Source: a virus. From it: DNA of 10,101 nt. Position numbers and translations under genes: made by a program. The stretch lies in the UHGV virus genome UHGV-0372619; one strand, given 5' to 3'. The notes below the pieces were generated by a model. The model ran no database searches. It saw only the letters and a list, made by a program, of their open reading frames with translations, and was not told the origin of the DNA. Positions 1 to 6,958 of the stretch are shown piece by piece (the first letter of the stretch is position 1; each line of letters starts with the position of its first letter).

Positions 1-23
1 TGTTCTCCGGAGGTGGACGATGA
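1..23 (+). CDS. H: 3' end of the upstream tail tape-measure gene (lambda H-like), partial; its stop TGA (21-23) overlaps the M start ATG (20-22)
   Basis: Open frame from window start ending at TGA 21-23, in the ATGA overlap arrangement I recall for lambda H/M. Only 7 codons are visible, so the identity is by synteny, not sequence. Confidence 0.4.
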
Positions 24-349
24 AGACCTTCCGCTGGAAAGTGAAACCCGGTATGGATGTGGCTTCGGTCCCTTCTGTAAGAAAGGTGCGCTTTGGTGAT
101 GGCTATTCTCAGCGAGCGCCTGCCGGGCTGAATGCCAACCTGAAAACGTACAGCGTGACGCTTTCTGTCCCCCGTGAGGAGGCCACGGTACTGGAGTCGT
201 TTCTGGAAGAGCACGGGGGCTGGAAATCCTTTCTGTGGACGCCGCCTTATGAGTGGCGGCAGATAAAGGTGACCTGCGCAAAATGGTCGTCGCGGGTCAG
301 TATGCTGCGTGTTGAGTTCAGCGCAGAGTTTGAACAGGTGGTGAACTGA
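20..349 (+). CDS. M: Tail tip assembly protein M (gpM), 109 aa
   Basis: ORF 20..349 translates to MKTFRWKVKPGMDVASVPSVRKVRFGDGYSQRAP..., which I recognise as essentially identical to lambda gpM, with the same length and the same position immediately upstream of L. The stop overlaps the L start (TGATG). Confidence 0.9.
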   Translation: MKTFRWKVKPGMDVASVPSVRKVRFGDGYSQRAPAGLNANLKTYSVTLSVPREEATVLESFLEEHGGWKSFLWTPPYEWRQIKVTCAKWSSRVSMLRVEFSAEFEQVVN

Positions 350-1047
350 TGCAGAATATCCGACAGGAAACACTGAATGAATGCACCCGTGCGGAGCAGT
401 CTGCCAGCGTGGTGCTCTGGGAAATCGATCTGACAGAGGTCGGCGGAGATCGTTATTTCTTCTGTAATGAGCAGAACGAAAAAGGTGAACCAGTCACCTG
501 GCAGGGGCGGCAGTATCAGGCCTATCCCATTCAGGGAAGTGGATTTGAGATGAACGGCAAAGGAGCCAGTGCAAGGCCAACGCTGAAAGTCTCTAATCTG
601 CACGGCATGGTCACCGGGATGGCGGAAGACCTGCAGAGTCTGGTCGGAGGAACGGTGGTCAGGCGTAAGGTTTACGCCTGTTTTCTGGATGCGGTGAACT
701 TCGTCAACGGAAATAGCGATGCCGATCCGGAGCAGGAGGTGATCAGCCGCTGGCGCATCGAGCAGTGCAGCGAACTGAGCGCGGTGAGCGCCTCTTTTGT
801 ACTGTCCACGCCGACGGAAACGGATGGCGCTGTTTTTCCGGGACGTATCATGCTGGCCAACACCTGCACCTGGACCTATCGCGGTGACGAGTGCGGTTAT
901 AGCGGTCCGGCTGTCGCGGATGAATATGACCAGCCGACGTCCGATATCACGAAAGATAAATGCAGTAAATGCCTGAGTGGCTGTAAGTTTCGCAATAATG
1001 TCGGCAACTTTGGCGGCTTCCTTTCCATTAACAAACTTTCGCAGTAA
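349..1047 (+). CDS. L: Minor tail protein L (gpL), 232 aa, with C-terminal cysteine cluster
   Basis: ORF 349..1047 (MQNIRQETLNECTRAEQSASVVLWEIDLTEVGG...) is near-identical to lambda gpL as I recall it, with the same 232-aa length. The C-terminal Cys residues (CTWTYRGDECGYSG...KDKCSKCLSGCKF) are consistent with the reported iron-sulfur cluster of gpL. Start is coupled to the M stop. Confidence 0.9.
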   Translation: MQNIRQETLNECTRAEQSASVVLWEIDLTEVGGDRYFFCNEQNEKGEPVTWQGRQYQAYPIQGSGFEMNGKGASARPTLKVSNLHGMVTGMAEDLQSLVGGTVVRRKVYACFLDAVNFVNGNSDADPEQEVISRWRIEQCSELSAVSASFVLSTPTETDGAVFPGRIMLANTCTWTYRGDECGYSGPAVADEYDQPTSDITKDKCSKCLSGCKFRNNVGNFGGFLSINKLSQ

Positions 1048-1051
1048 TCCC

Positions 1052-1795
1052 ATGACACAGACAGAATCAGCGATTCTGGCGCACGCCCGGCGATGTGCGC
1101 CAGCGGAGTCGTGTGGCTTCGTGGTGAGAACGCCGAAGGGGGAAAGATATTTTCCCTGCGTGAATATCTCCGGTGAGCCGGAGGCGTATTTCCGGATGTC
1201 GCCGGAGGACTGGCTGCGGGCAGAGATGCAGGGTGAGATTGTGGCGCTGGTCCACAGCCACCCCGGTGGTCTGCCCTGGCTGAGTGAGGCTGACAGGCGG
1301 CTGCAGGTGCAGAGCGATTTGCCGTGGTGGCTGGTCTGCCGGGGGGCGATTTACAAGTTCCGCTGTGTGCCACATCTTACCGGGCGGCGCTTTGAGCACG
1401 GGGTGACGGACTGTTACACGCTGTTCCGGGATGCTTACCATCTGGCGGGGATTGAGATGCCGGATTTTCATCGCGAGGATGACTGGTGGCGTAACGGTCA
1501 GAATCTCTATCTGGATAATCTGGAGGCCACAGGGCTGTATCAGGTGCCGTTGTCATCAGCACAACCGGGCGATGTGCTGCTGTGCTGTTTTGGTTCATCG
1601 GTGCCGAATCATGCCGCCATTTACTGTGGTGACGGCGAGCTGCTGCACCATATTCCTGAACAACTGAGCAAACGAGAGAGGTATACCGACAAATGGCAGC
1701 GACGCACACACTCCCTCTGGCGTCACCGGGCATGGCACGCATCTGCCTTTACGGGGATTTACAACGATTTGGTCGCCGCATCGACCTTCGTGTGA
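1052..1795 (+). CDS. K: Tail assembly protein K (gpK), with N-terminal MPN/JAB (JAMM) metalloprotease-like domain and C-terminal NlpC/P60-like domain; longest ORF 247 aa, with an alternative internal start at 1196 giving 199 aa
   Basis: Frame open from ATG 1052 (MTQTESAILAHARRCAPAESCGF...), 5 nt after the L stop. A JAMM-like motif HSHPGGLPWLSEAD (HxHx7SxxD) sits at about 1256-1300, with a conserved upstream Glu (PAESCGF) that lies only in the longer form. The C-terminal Cys/His-containing region (DCYTLF ... HHIPE) fits an NlpC/P60 fold. Matches lambda gpK as I recall it; the lambda reference annotation (199 aa) would correspond to ATG 1196 (MSPEDWL...). Confidence 0.85.
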   Translation: MTQTESAILAHARRCAPAESCGFVVRTPKGERYFPCVNISGEPEAYFRMSPEDWLRAEMQGEIVALVHSHPGGLPWLSEADRRLQVQSDLPWWLVCRGAIYKFRCVPHLTGRRFEHGVTDCYTLFRDAYHLAGIEMPDFHREDDWWRNGQNLYLDNLEATGLYQVPLSSAQPGDVLLCCFGSSVPNHAAIYCGDGELLHHIPEQLSKRERYTDKWQRRTHSLWRHRAWHASAFTGIYNDLVAASTFV

Positions 1796-2334
1796 AAACG
1801 GGGGCTGAAGCCATCCGGGCGCTGGCCACGCAGCTTCCGGCGTTTCGCCAGAAACTGAATGAGGGCTGGTATCAGGTGCGCATTTCCGGGCGTGATGCAG
1901 GCGAAAACGAATTATCTGCCCGTCTTAATGAGCCGCTGGCAAATGGTGCCGTGATCCACATCGTACCGCGTCTGGCGGGTGCCAAAAGTGGCGGTATTTT
2001 TCAGGCAGTGCTGGGTGCGGCGCTAATTGCTACGGCAATCTGGATGCCGGGGCTTAGTATTGTTGCAAGTAATCTCATGTTCTCTCTTGGGGCAGGTATG
2101 GTTTTAGGCGGTGTTGCGCAGATGCTGGCACCGAAAGCCAAAACGCCTAAAGTGTCAGCCACTGATAACGGTAAGCAAAATACCTATTTTTCCTCATTGG
2201 ATAACATGGTTGCCCAGGGCAATGTCCTGCCTGTTCTGTACGGTGAAATGCGCGTGGGGTCACGTGTGGCATCTCAGGAGATCAGCACGGCAGATGAAGG
2301 GGATGGTGGTCAGGTTGTGGTAATTGGGCGGTAA
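1693..2334 (+). CDS. I: Tail assembly protein I (gpI), 213 aa, with ubiquitin-like N-terminal region and Gly/Ala-rich hydrophobic C-terminal half
   Basis: ORF 1693..2334 (MAATHTLPLASPGMARICLYGDLQRFGRRIDLRVKTGAEAIRALATQ...) matches lambda gpI as I recall it. It overlaps the 3' end of K by 103 nt in a different frame. The C-terminal ...NMVAQGNVLPVLYGEMRVGSRV...GGQVVVIGR is conserved; the hydrophobic Gly/Ala-rich centre differs somewhat from lambda (lambda I is 223 aa by my recollection). Confidence 0.85.
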   Translation: MAATHTLPLASPGMARICLYGDLQRFGRRIDLRVKTGAEAIRALATQLPAFRQKLNEGWYQVRISGRDAGENELSARLNEPLANGAVIHIVPRLAGAKSGGIFQAVLGAALIATAIWMPGLSIVASNLMFSLGAGMVLGGVAQMLAPKAKTPKVSATDNGKQNTYFSSLDNMVAQGNVLPVLYGEMRVGSRVASQEISTADEGDGGQVVVIGR

Positions 2335-2406
2335 TATTATTTACTCATGTTCTAACTGATTTAATATTTATATCGAACACTGATAATTATTCTGTTGGTT
2401 AGCTAT
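2335..2406 (+). promoter_or_regulatory. AT-rich intergenic region upstream of the inserted lipoprotein gene; putative sigma70-type promoter (weak -10-like hexamers such as GATAAT at 2382-2387 and TAATAT at 2362-2367)
   Basis: A 72-nt stretch far more AT-rich than the flanking tail genes, with several TATAAT-like hexamers but no convincing -35 and no strong Shine-Dalgarno. The promoter assignment is an inference from the cassette architecture. Confidence 0.25.
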
Positions 2407-2745
2407 ATGAACAAAACGATTTTATTCTGCACGATTATTGCCTTAACAGGATGTAAATCTTTGGATTACGTAAAATCCGGCAAGACTGTAATGGAAGGTA
2501 ATTCATTAAAAAATATTGATGAATTGTCAGGCTGCATATCCAGACAATGGGCTGGTAATGGAACACCTATAACATCCCTTCCTATTGAGAATGGGGTAAG
2601 CCTTTTAGTTCCACAGGCTATGGGTGGGTATGATGTTGTGCTTGATATCAAAAAAGCAGGAAATGGCAGTAGTTTTACTCTTTATGAACGCGTACCAGCA
2701 TTAACGCCAAAAATTTTTGCTGATAGTGTTAATGCATGTAAATAA
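2407..2745 (+). CDS. Small predicted lipoprotein of unknown function (about 112 aa), low-GC insertion between tail genes I and J
   Basis: ORF 2395..2745 in the track. I prefer ATG 2407, which gives MNKTILFCTIIALTGC: a classic lipoprotein signal peptide with lipobox L-T-G-C. The +2 residue is Lys, not Asp, which suggests outer-membrane sorting. Two further Cys (CISRQW and C-terminal NACK) could form a periplasmic disulfide. Composition is markedly AT-rich against the flanking genes, and lambda has no counterpart here (I abuts J in lambda as I recall). Confidence 0.7.
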   Translation: MNKTILFCTIIALTGCKSLDYVKSGKTVMEGNSLKNIDELSGCISRQWAGNGTPITSLPIENGVSLLVPQAMGGYDVVLDIKKAGNGSSFTLYERVPALTPKIFADSVNACK

Positions 2746-2769
2746 TAGTTAATCCTGCCGTAACTCATG

Positions 2770-2797
2770 AGCCGCCTTTTGGGCGGCTTTGTTGTTT
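2770..2797 (+). terminator. Putative rho-independent terminator downstream of the lipoprotein gene
   Basis: Inverted repeat AGCCGCC-(loop)-GGCGGCT at 2770-2788 followed by a T-rich tract TTGTTGTTT, located between the lipoprotein stop (2745) and the J ribosome-binding site. Confidence 0.5.
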
Positions 2798-2811
2798 ATG
2801 GAGTGTGAGGA

Positions 2812-5800
2812 ATGGGTAAAGGTAGCAGTAAGGGGCATACCCCGCGCGAAGCGAAGGACAACCTGAAGTCCACGCAGCTGCTGAGTGTGATCGATGCCAT
2901 CAGCGAAGGGCCGGTTGAAGGTCCGGTGGATGGATTAAAAAGCGTGCTGCTGAACAGTACGCCGGTGCTGGACAGTGAGGGGAATACCAATATCTCCGGC
3001 GTCACGGTGGTGTTCCGGGCAGGTGAGCAGGAGCAGACACCGCCTGAGGGCTTTGAATCCTCCGGCTCCGAGACGGTGCTGGGTACGGAAGTGAAGTACG
3101 ACACGCCGATTACCCGGACCATCACGTCTGCAAACATCGACCGTCTGCGCTTTACCTTCGGTGTGCAGGCACTGGTGGAAACCACCTCAAAGGGGGACCG
3201 GAATCCGTCGGAAGTCCGCCTGCTGGTTCAGATACAACGTAACGGTGGCTGGGTGACGGAAAAAGACATCACCATTAAGGGCAAAACCACGTCGCAGTAT
3301 CTGGCCTCGGTGGTGGTGGATAACCTGCCGCCGCGCCCGTTTAATATCCGGATGCGCAGGATGACGCCGGACAGCACCACAGACCAGCTGCAGAACAAAA
3401 CGCTCTGGTCGTCATACACCGAAATCATCGATGTGAAACAGTGCTACCCGAACACGGTACTGGTCGGCGTGCAGGTGGACTCGGAGCAGTTCGGCAGCCA
3501 GCAGGTGAGCCGTAATTATCATCTGCGCGGGCGTATTCTGCAGGTGCCGTCGAACTATAACCCGCAGACGCGGCAATACAGCGGTATCTGGGACGGAACG
3601 TTTAAGCCAGCATACAGCAATAACATGGCCTGGTGTCTGTGGGATATGCTGACCCATCCGCGCTACGGCATGGGGAAACGTCTTGGTGCGGCGGATGTGG
3701 ATAAATGGGCGCTGTATGTCATCGGCCAGTACTGCGACCAGTCGGTGCCGGACGGCTTTGGCGGCACGGAGCCGCGCATCACCTGTAATGCCTGGCTGAC
3801 CACGCAGCGCAAGGCGTGGGATGTGCTCAGTGATTTCTGCTCGGCGATGCGCTGTATGCCGGTATGGAACGGGCAGACGCTGACGTTCGTGCAGGACCGA
3901 CCATCAGATAAGGTGTGGACCTATAACCGCAGTAATGTGGTGATGCCGGATGATGGCGCGCCGTTCCGCTACAGCTTCAGCGCCCTGAAGGACCGCCATA
4001 ATGCCGTTGAGGTGAACTGGATTGACCCGAACAACGGCTGGGAGACGGCGACAGAGCTTGTGGAGGATACGCAGGCCATTGCCCGTTACGGTCGTAACGT
4101 CACGAAGATGGATGCTTTTGGCTGTACCAGCCGGGGGCAGGCACACCGCGCCGGGCTGTGGCTGATTAAAACAGAACTGCTGGAAACGCAGACCGTGGAC
4201 TTCAGCGTGGGCGCAGAAGGGCTTCGCCATGTGCCGGGCGATGTCATTGAAATCTGTGATGATGACTATGCCGGTATCAGCATCGGCGGGCGCGTGCTGG
4301 CGGTAAACAGCCAGACCCGGACGCTGACGCTCGACCGTGAAATCACGCTGCCATCCTCCGGTACCACGCTGATAAGCCTGGTTGACGGAAGTGGTAATCC
4401 GGTCAGCGTGGAGGTTCAGTCCGTCACCGACGGACTTAAGGTGAAAGTGAACCGGGTTCCTGACGGCGTTGCAGAATACAGTGTGTGGGGGCTGAAGTTG
4501 CCGACGTTGCGTCAGCGCCTGTTCCGCTGTGTGAGTATCCGTGATAACGATGACGGCACGTATGCCATCACCGCCGTGCAGCATGTACCGGAAAAAGAAG
4601 CCATCGTGGATAACGGGGCGCACTTTGACGGCGGCCAGAGCGGCACGGTGAATGGTGTCACGCCGCCAGCGGTGCAGCACCTGACCGCCGAAGTCACCGC
4701 AGACAGCGGGGAATATCAGGTGCTGGCGCGCTGGGACACGCCGAAGGTGGTGAAGGGCGTGAGCTTCCTGCTCCGTCTGACCGTAACAGCGGATGACGGC
4801 AGTGAGCGGCTGGTCAGCACGGCCCGGACGACGGAAACCACATACCGCTTCACGCAACTGGCGCTGGGAAACTACAGGCTGACAGTCCGGGCGGCAAATG
4901 CCTGGGGGCAGCAGGGCGATCCGGCATCGGTATCGTTCCGGATTGCCGCACCGGCAGCACCGTCGCGGATTGAGCTGACGCCGGGCTATTTTCAGATAAC
5001 CGCAACGCCGCATCTTGCCGTTTATGATCCGACGGTACAGTTTGAGTTCTGGTTCTCGGAAAAGCGGATTGCGGATATCAGGCAGGTTGAAACCACAGCC
5101 CGCTATCTTGGCACGGCGCTGTACTGGATAGCCGCCAGTATCAATATCAAACCGGGCCATGATTATTATTTTTATATCCGTAGTGTGAACACTGTTGGCA
5201 AATCGGCATTTGTGGAGGCTGTCGGTCGGGCGAGCGATGATGCGGAAGGTTACCTGGATTTTTTCAAAGGCAAGATAACCGAATCCCATCTCGGCAAGGA
5301 GCTGCTGGAAAAAGTCGAGCTGACGGAGGATAACGCCAGCAGACTGGAGGAGTTTTCGAAAGAGTGGAAGGACGCCAACGATAAGTGGAATGCCATGTGG
5401 GCTGTCAAAATTGAGCAGACCAAAGACGGCAAACATTATGTCGCGGGTATTGGCCTCAGCATGGAGGACACGGAGGAAGGCAAACTGAGTCAGTTTCTGG
5501 TTGCCGCTAACCGTATCGCATTTATTGACCCGGCAAACGGGAATGAAACGCCGATGTTTGTGGCGCAGGGCAATCAGATATTCATGAACGACGTGTTCCT
5601 GAAGCGCCTGACGGCTCCCACCATTACCAGTGGTGGCAGTCCTCCGGTATTTTCCCTGACATCAGACGGAAAGCTGACCGCTAAAAATGCGGATATCAGT
5701 GGCAGTGTGAATGCGAACGCCGGGACGCTCAACAATGTCACGGTAAATGAAAACTGTACGATTAAGGGCATGCTGGAGGCGACTCAGGTCAGAGGTGACT

Positions 5801-6225
5801 TCGTTAAAGCTGTATCCAAATCATTTCCGAAACAGGCTGGTACGTGGGGTAACACGGAAACACCAAACGGGACGGTTACAGTCACCATCAGCGATGATCA
5901 TAACTTTGACCGTCAAATCATTATTCCGCCCATTATCTTTAACGGAATAGCGTATAGCGATCCGGGAAGTGGTAATAACCCGGGAGGTACAAGATACACG
6001 GGTTATGGTTTTGAAGTTCGCAAAAACGGTGTATTAATCGCATCCAGAGAAACTAAAGGGGCCATTCCCGGTAGCTACAGTGCGGTTATTGATATGCCGA
6101 GTGGCAGGGGAAGCGTCACTCTGGAGTTTAAGGTTTTCCATAAAGGCAATCAGTGGGCAGGTAATATCACCGACTGTACGGTGATTGTGACCAAAAAAGC
6201 CGCTTCCGGCATCAGTATTCGTTGA
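2812..6225 (+). CDS. J: Tail tip host-specificity protein J (central tail fibre), 1137 aa, with divergent C-terminal receptor-binding domain
   Basis: ORF 2812..6225 preceded by a GAGGA Shine-Dalgarno. The N-terminal [34 protein letters not shown]... and most of the length match lambda gpJ (1132 aa) as I recall it. The last ~150 aa (from about ...[34 protein letters not shown]... to ...[10 protein letters not shown]) diverge from the lambda C-terminus I remember. Confidence 0.92.
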   Translation: MGKGSSKGHTPREAKDNLKSTQLLSVIDAISEGPVEGPVDGLKSVLLNSTPVLDSEGNTNISGVTVVFRAGEQEQTPPEGFESSGSETVLGTEVKYDTPITRTITSANIDRLRFTFGVQALVETTSKGDRNPSEVRLLVQIQRNGGWVTEKDITIKGKTTSQYLASVVVDNLPPRPFNIRMRRMTPDSTTDQLQNKTLWSSYTEIIDVKQCYPNTVLVGVQVDSEQFGSQQVSRNYHLRGRILQVPSNYNPQTRQYSGIWDGTFKPAYSNNMAWCLWDMLTHPRYGMGKRLGAADVDKWALYVIGQYCDQSVPDGFGGTEPRITCNAWLTTQRKAWDVLSDFCSAMRCMPVWNGQTLTFVQDRPSDKVWTYNRSNVVMPDDGAPFRYSFSALKDRHNAVEVNWIDPNNGWETATELVEDTQAIARYGRNVTKMDAFGCTSRGQAHRAGLWLIKTELLETQTVDFSVGAEGLRHVPGDVIEICDDDYAGISIGGRVLAVNSQTRTLTLDREITLPSSGTTLISLVDGSGNPVSVEVQSVTDGLKVKVNRVPDGVAEYSVWGLKLPTLRQRLFRCVSIRDNDDGTYAITAVQHVPEKEAIVDNGAHFDGGQSGTVNGVTPPAVQHLTAEVTADSGEYQVLARWDTPKVVKGVSFLLRLTVTADDGSERLVSTARTTETTYRFTQLALGNYRLTVRAANAWGQQGDPASVSFRIAAPAAPSRIELTPGYFQITATPHLAVYDPTVQFEFWFSEKRIADIRQVETTARYLGTALYWIAASINIKPGHDYYFYIRSVNTVGKSAFVEAVGRASDDAEGYLDFFKGKITESHLGKELLEKVELTEDNASRLEEFSKEWKDANDKWNAMWAVKIEQTKDGKHYVAGIGLSMEDTEEGKLSQFLVAANRIAFIDPANGNETPMFVAQGNQIFMNDVFLKRLTAPTITSGGSPPVFSLTSDGKLTAKNADISGSVNANAGTLNNVTVNENCTIKGMLEATQVRGDFVKAVSKSFPKQAGTWGNTETPNGTVTVTISDDHNFDRQIIIPPIIFNGIAYSDPGSGNNPGGTRYTGYGFEVRKNGVLIASRETKGAIPGSYSAVIDMPSGRGSVTLEFKVFHKGNQWAGNITDCTVIVTKKAASGISIR

Positions 6226-6246
6226 AATTGTTATAACCCATATAAG

Positions 6247-6270
6247 GGCACCAGAAATGGTGCCTTTTTT
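6247..6270 (+). terminator. Putative rho-independent terminator between J and lom
   Basis: GGCACC-AGAAAT-GGTGCC stem-loop followed by TTTTTT, immediately after the J stop and upstream of the lom Shine-Dalgarno (GAGAGG). Confidence 0.5.
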
Positions 6271-6294
6271 ATTGCAGAAAAGCGAGAGGTAATT

Positions 6295-6894
6295 ATGCGT
6301 AAACTTTATGCCGCCATTTTGTCCGCAGCCATTTGTCTGGCCGTATCCGGTGCGCCTGCATGGGCATCTGAACATCAGTCCACGCTGAGCGCGGGGTATC
6401 TTCATGCCTCGACGAACGTTCCCGGCAGCGATGATCTTAACGGGATTAACGTGAAATACCGTTATGAGTTTACGGATACGCTGGGGCTGGTGACGTCATT
6501 CAGCTATGCAGGAGACAAGAATCGCCAGCTTACCCGTTACAGCGATACCCGCTGGCATGAAGATTCCGTGCGTAACCGCTGGTTCAGCGTGATGGTGGGG
6601 CCGTCTGTGCGCGTGAATGAATGGTTCAGCGCGTATGCGATGGCGGGTATGGCTTACAGCCGTGTGTCGACTTTCTCCGGAGATTATCTCCGCGTAACTG
6701 ACAACAAGGGGAAAACGCACGACGTGCTGACCGGAAGTGATGACGGTCGCCACAGCAACACGTCTCTGGCGTGGGGAGCTGGCGTGCAGTTTAACCCGAC
6801 CGAATCCGTGGCCATTGATATTGCTTATGAAGGCTCCGGCAGTGGCGACTGGCGCACTGACGGTTTCATCGTGGGTGTCGGTTATAAATTCTGA
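6295..6894 (+). CDS. lom: Outer-membrane beta-barrel protein Lom (Ail/Lom/PagC family), 199 aa
   Basis: ORF 6295..6894. Signal peptide [24 protein letters not shown], followed by alternating aromatic/hydrophobic beta-strand patterns and a C-terminal ...[10 protein letters not shown] ending in Phe, typical of 8-stranded outer-membrane barrels. Same position (between J and stf) and high similarity to lambda Lom as I recall it. Confidence 0.88.
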
Positions 6895-6920
6895 TTAGCC
6901 AGGTAACACAGTGTTATGAC

Positions 6921-6947
6921 AGCCCGCCGGTTCAGGCGGGCTTTTTT
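6921..6947 (+). terminator. Putative rho-independent terminator downstream of lom
   Basis: AGCCCGCC-GGTTCA-GGCGGGCT stem-loop followed by TTTTTT, 27 nt after the lom stop. Confidence 0.6.
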
Positions 6948-6958
6948 GTGGGGGGAAT

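Noticed and set aside
247-1053. 268-aa reverse-strand ORF (also 897..1373, 1067..1471 and 1377..1742 on the reverse strand)
   Set aside because: All lie antisense to the well-supported M, L, K and I genes and have low-complexity compositions. They are open only because of GC-rich codon bias.
2395-2406. Alternative upstream start (MVSYMNK...) for the lipoprotein ORF
   Set aside because: Starting at 2407 gives a canonical lipoprotein signal peptide (short positively charged n-region directly before the hydrophobic core). Neither start has a strong Shine-Dalgarno, so 2395 cannot be fully excluded.
3904-5436. 510-aa reverse-strand ORF
   Set aside because: Lies entirely antisense to J, which matches lambda gpJ closely. 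The protein is Arg/Pro/Cys-rich and low-complexity, typical of an antisense frame in GC-rich coding DNA.
6034-6405. 123-aa reverse-strand ORF spanning the J/lom junction
   Set aside because: Overlaps the 3' end of J, the intergenic terminator and the lom start on the opposite strand. A terminator hairpin inside a CDS is implausible and there are no supporting features.
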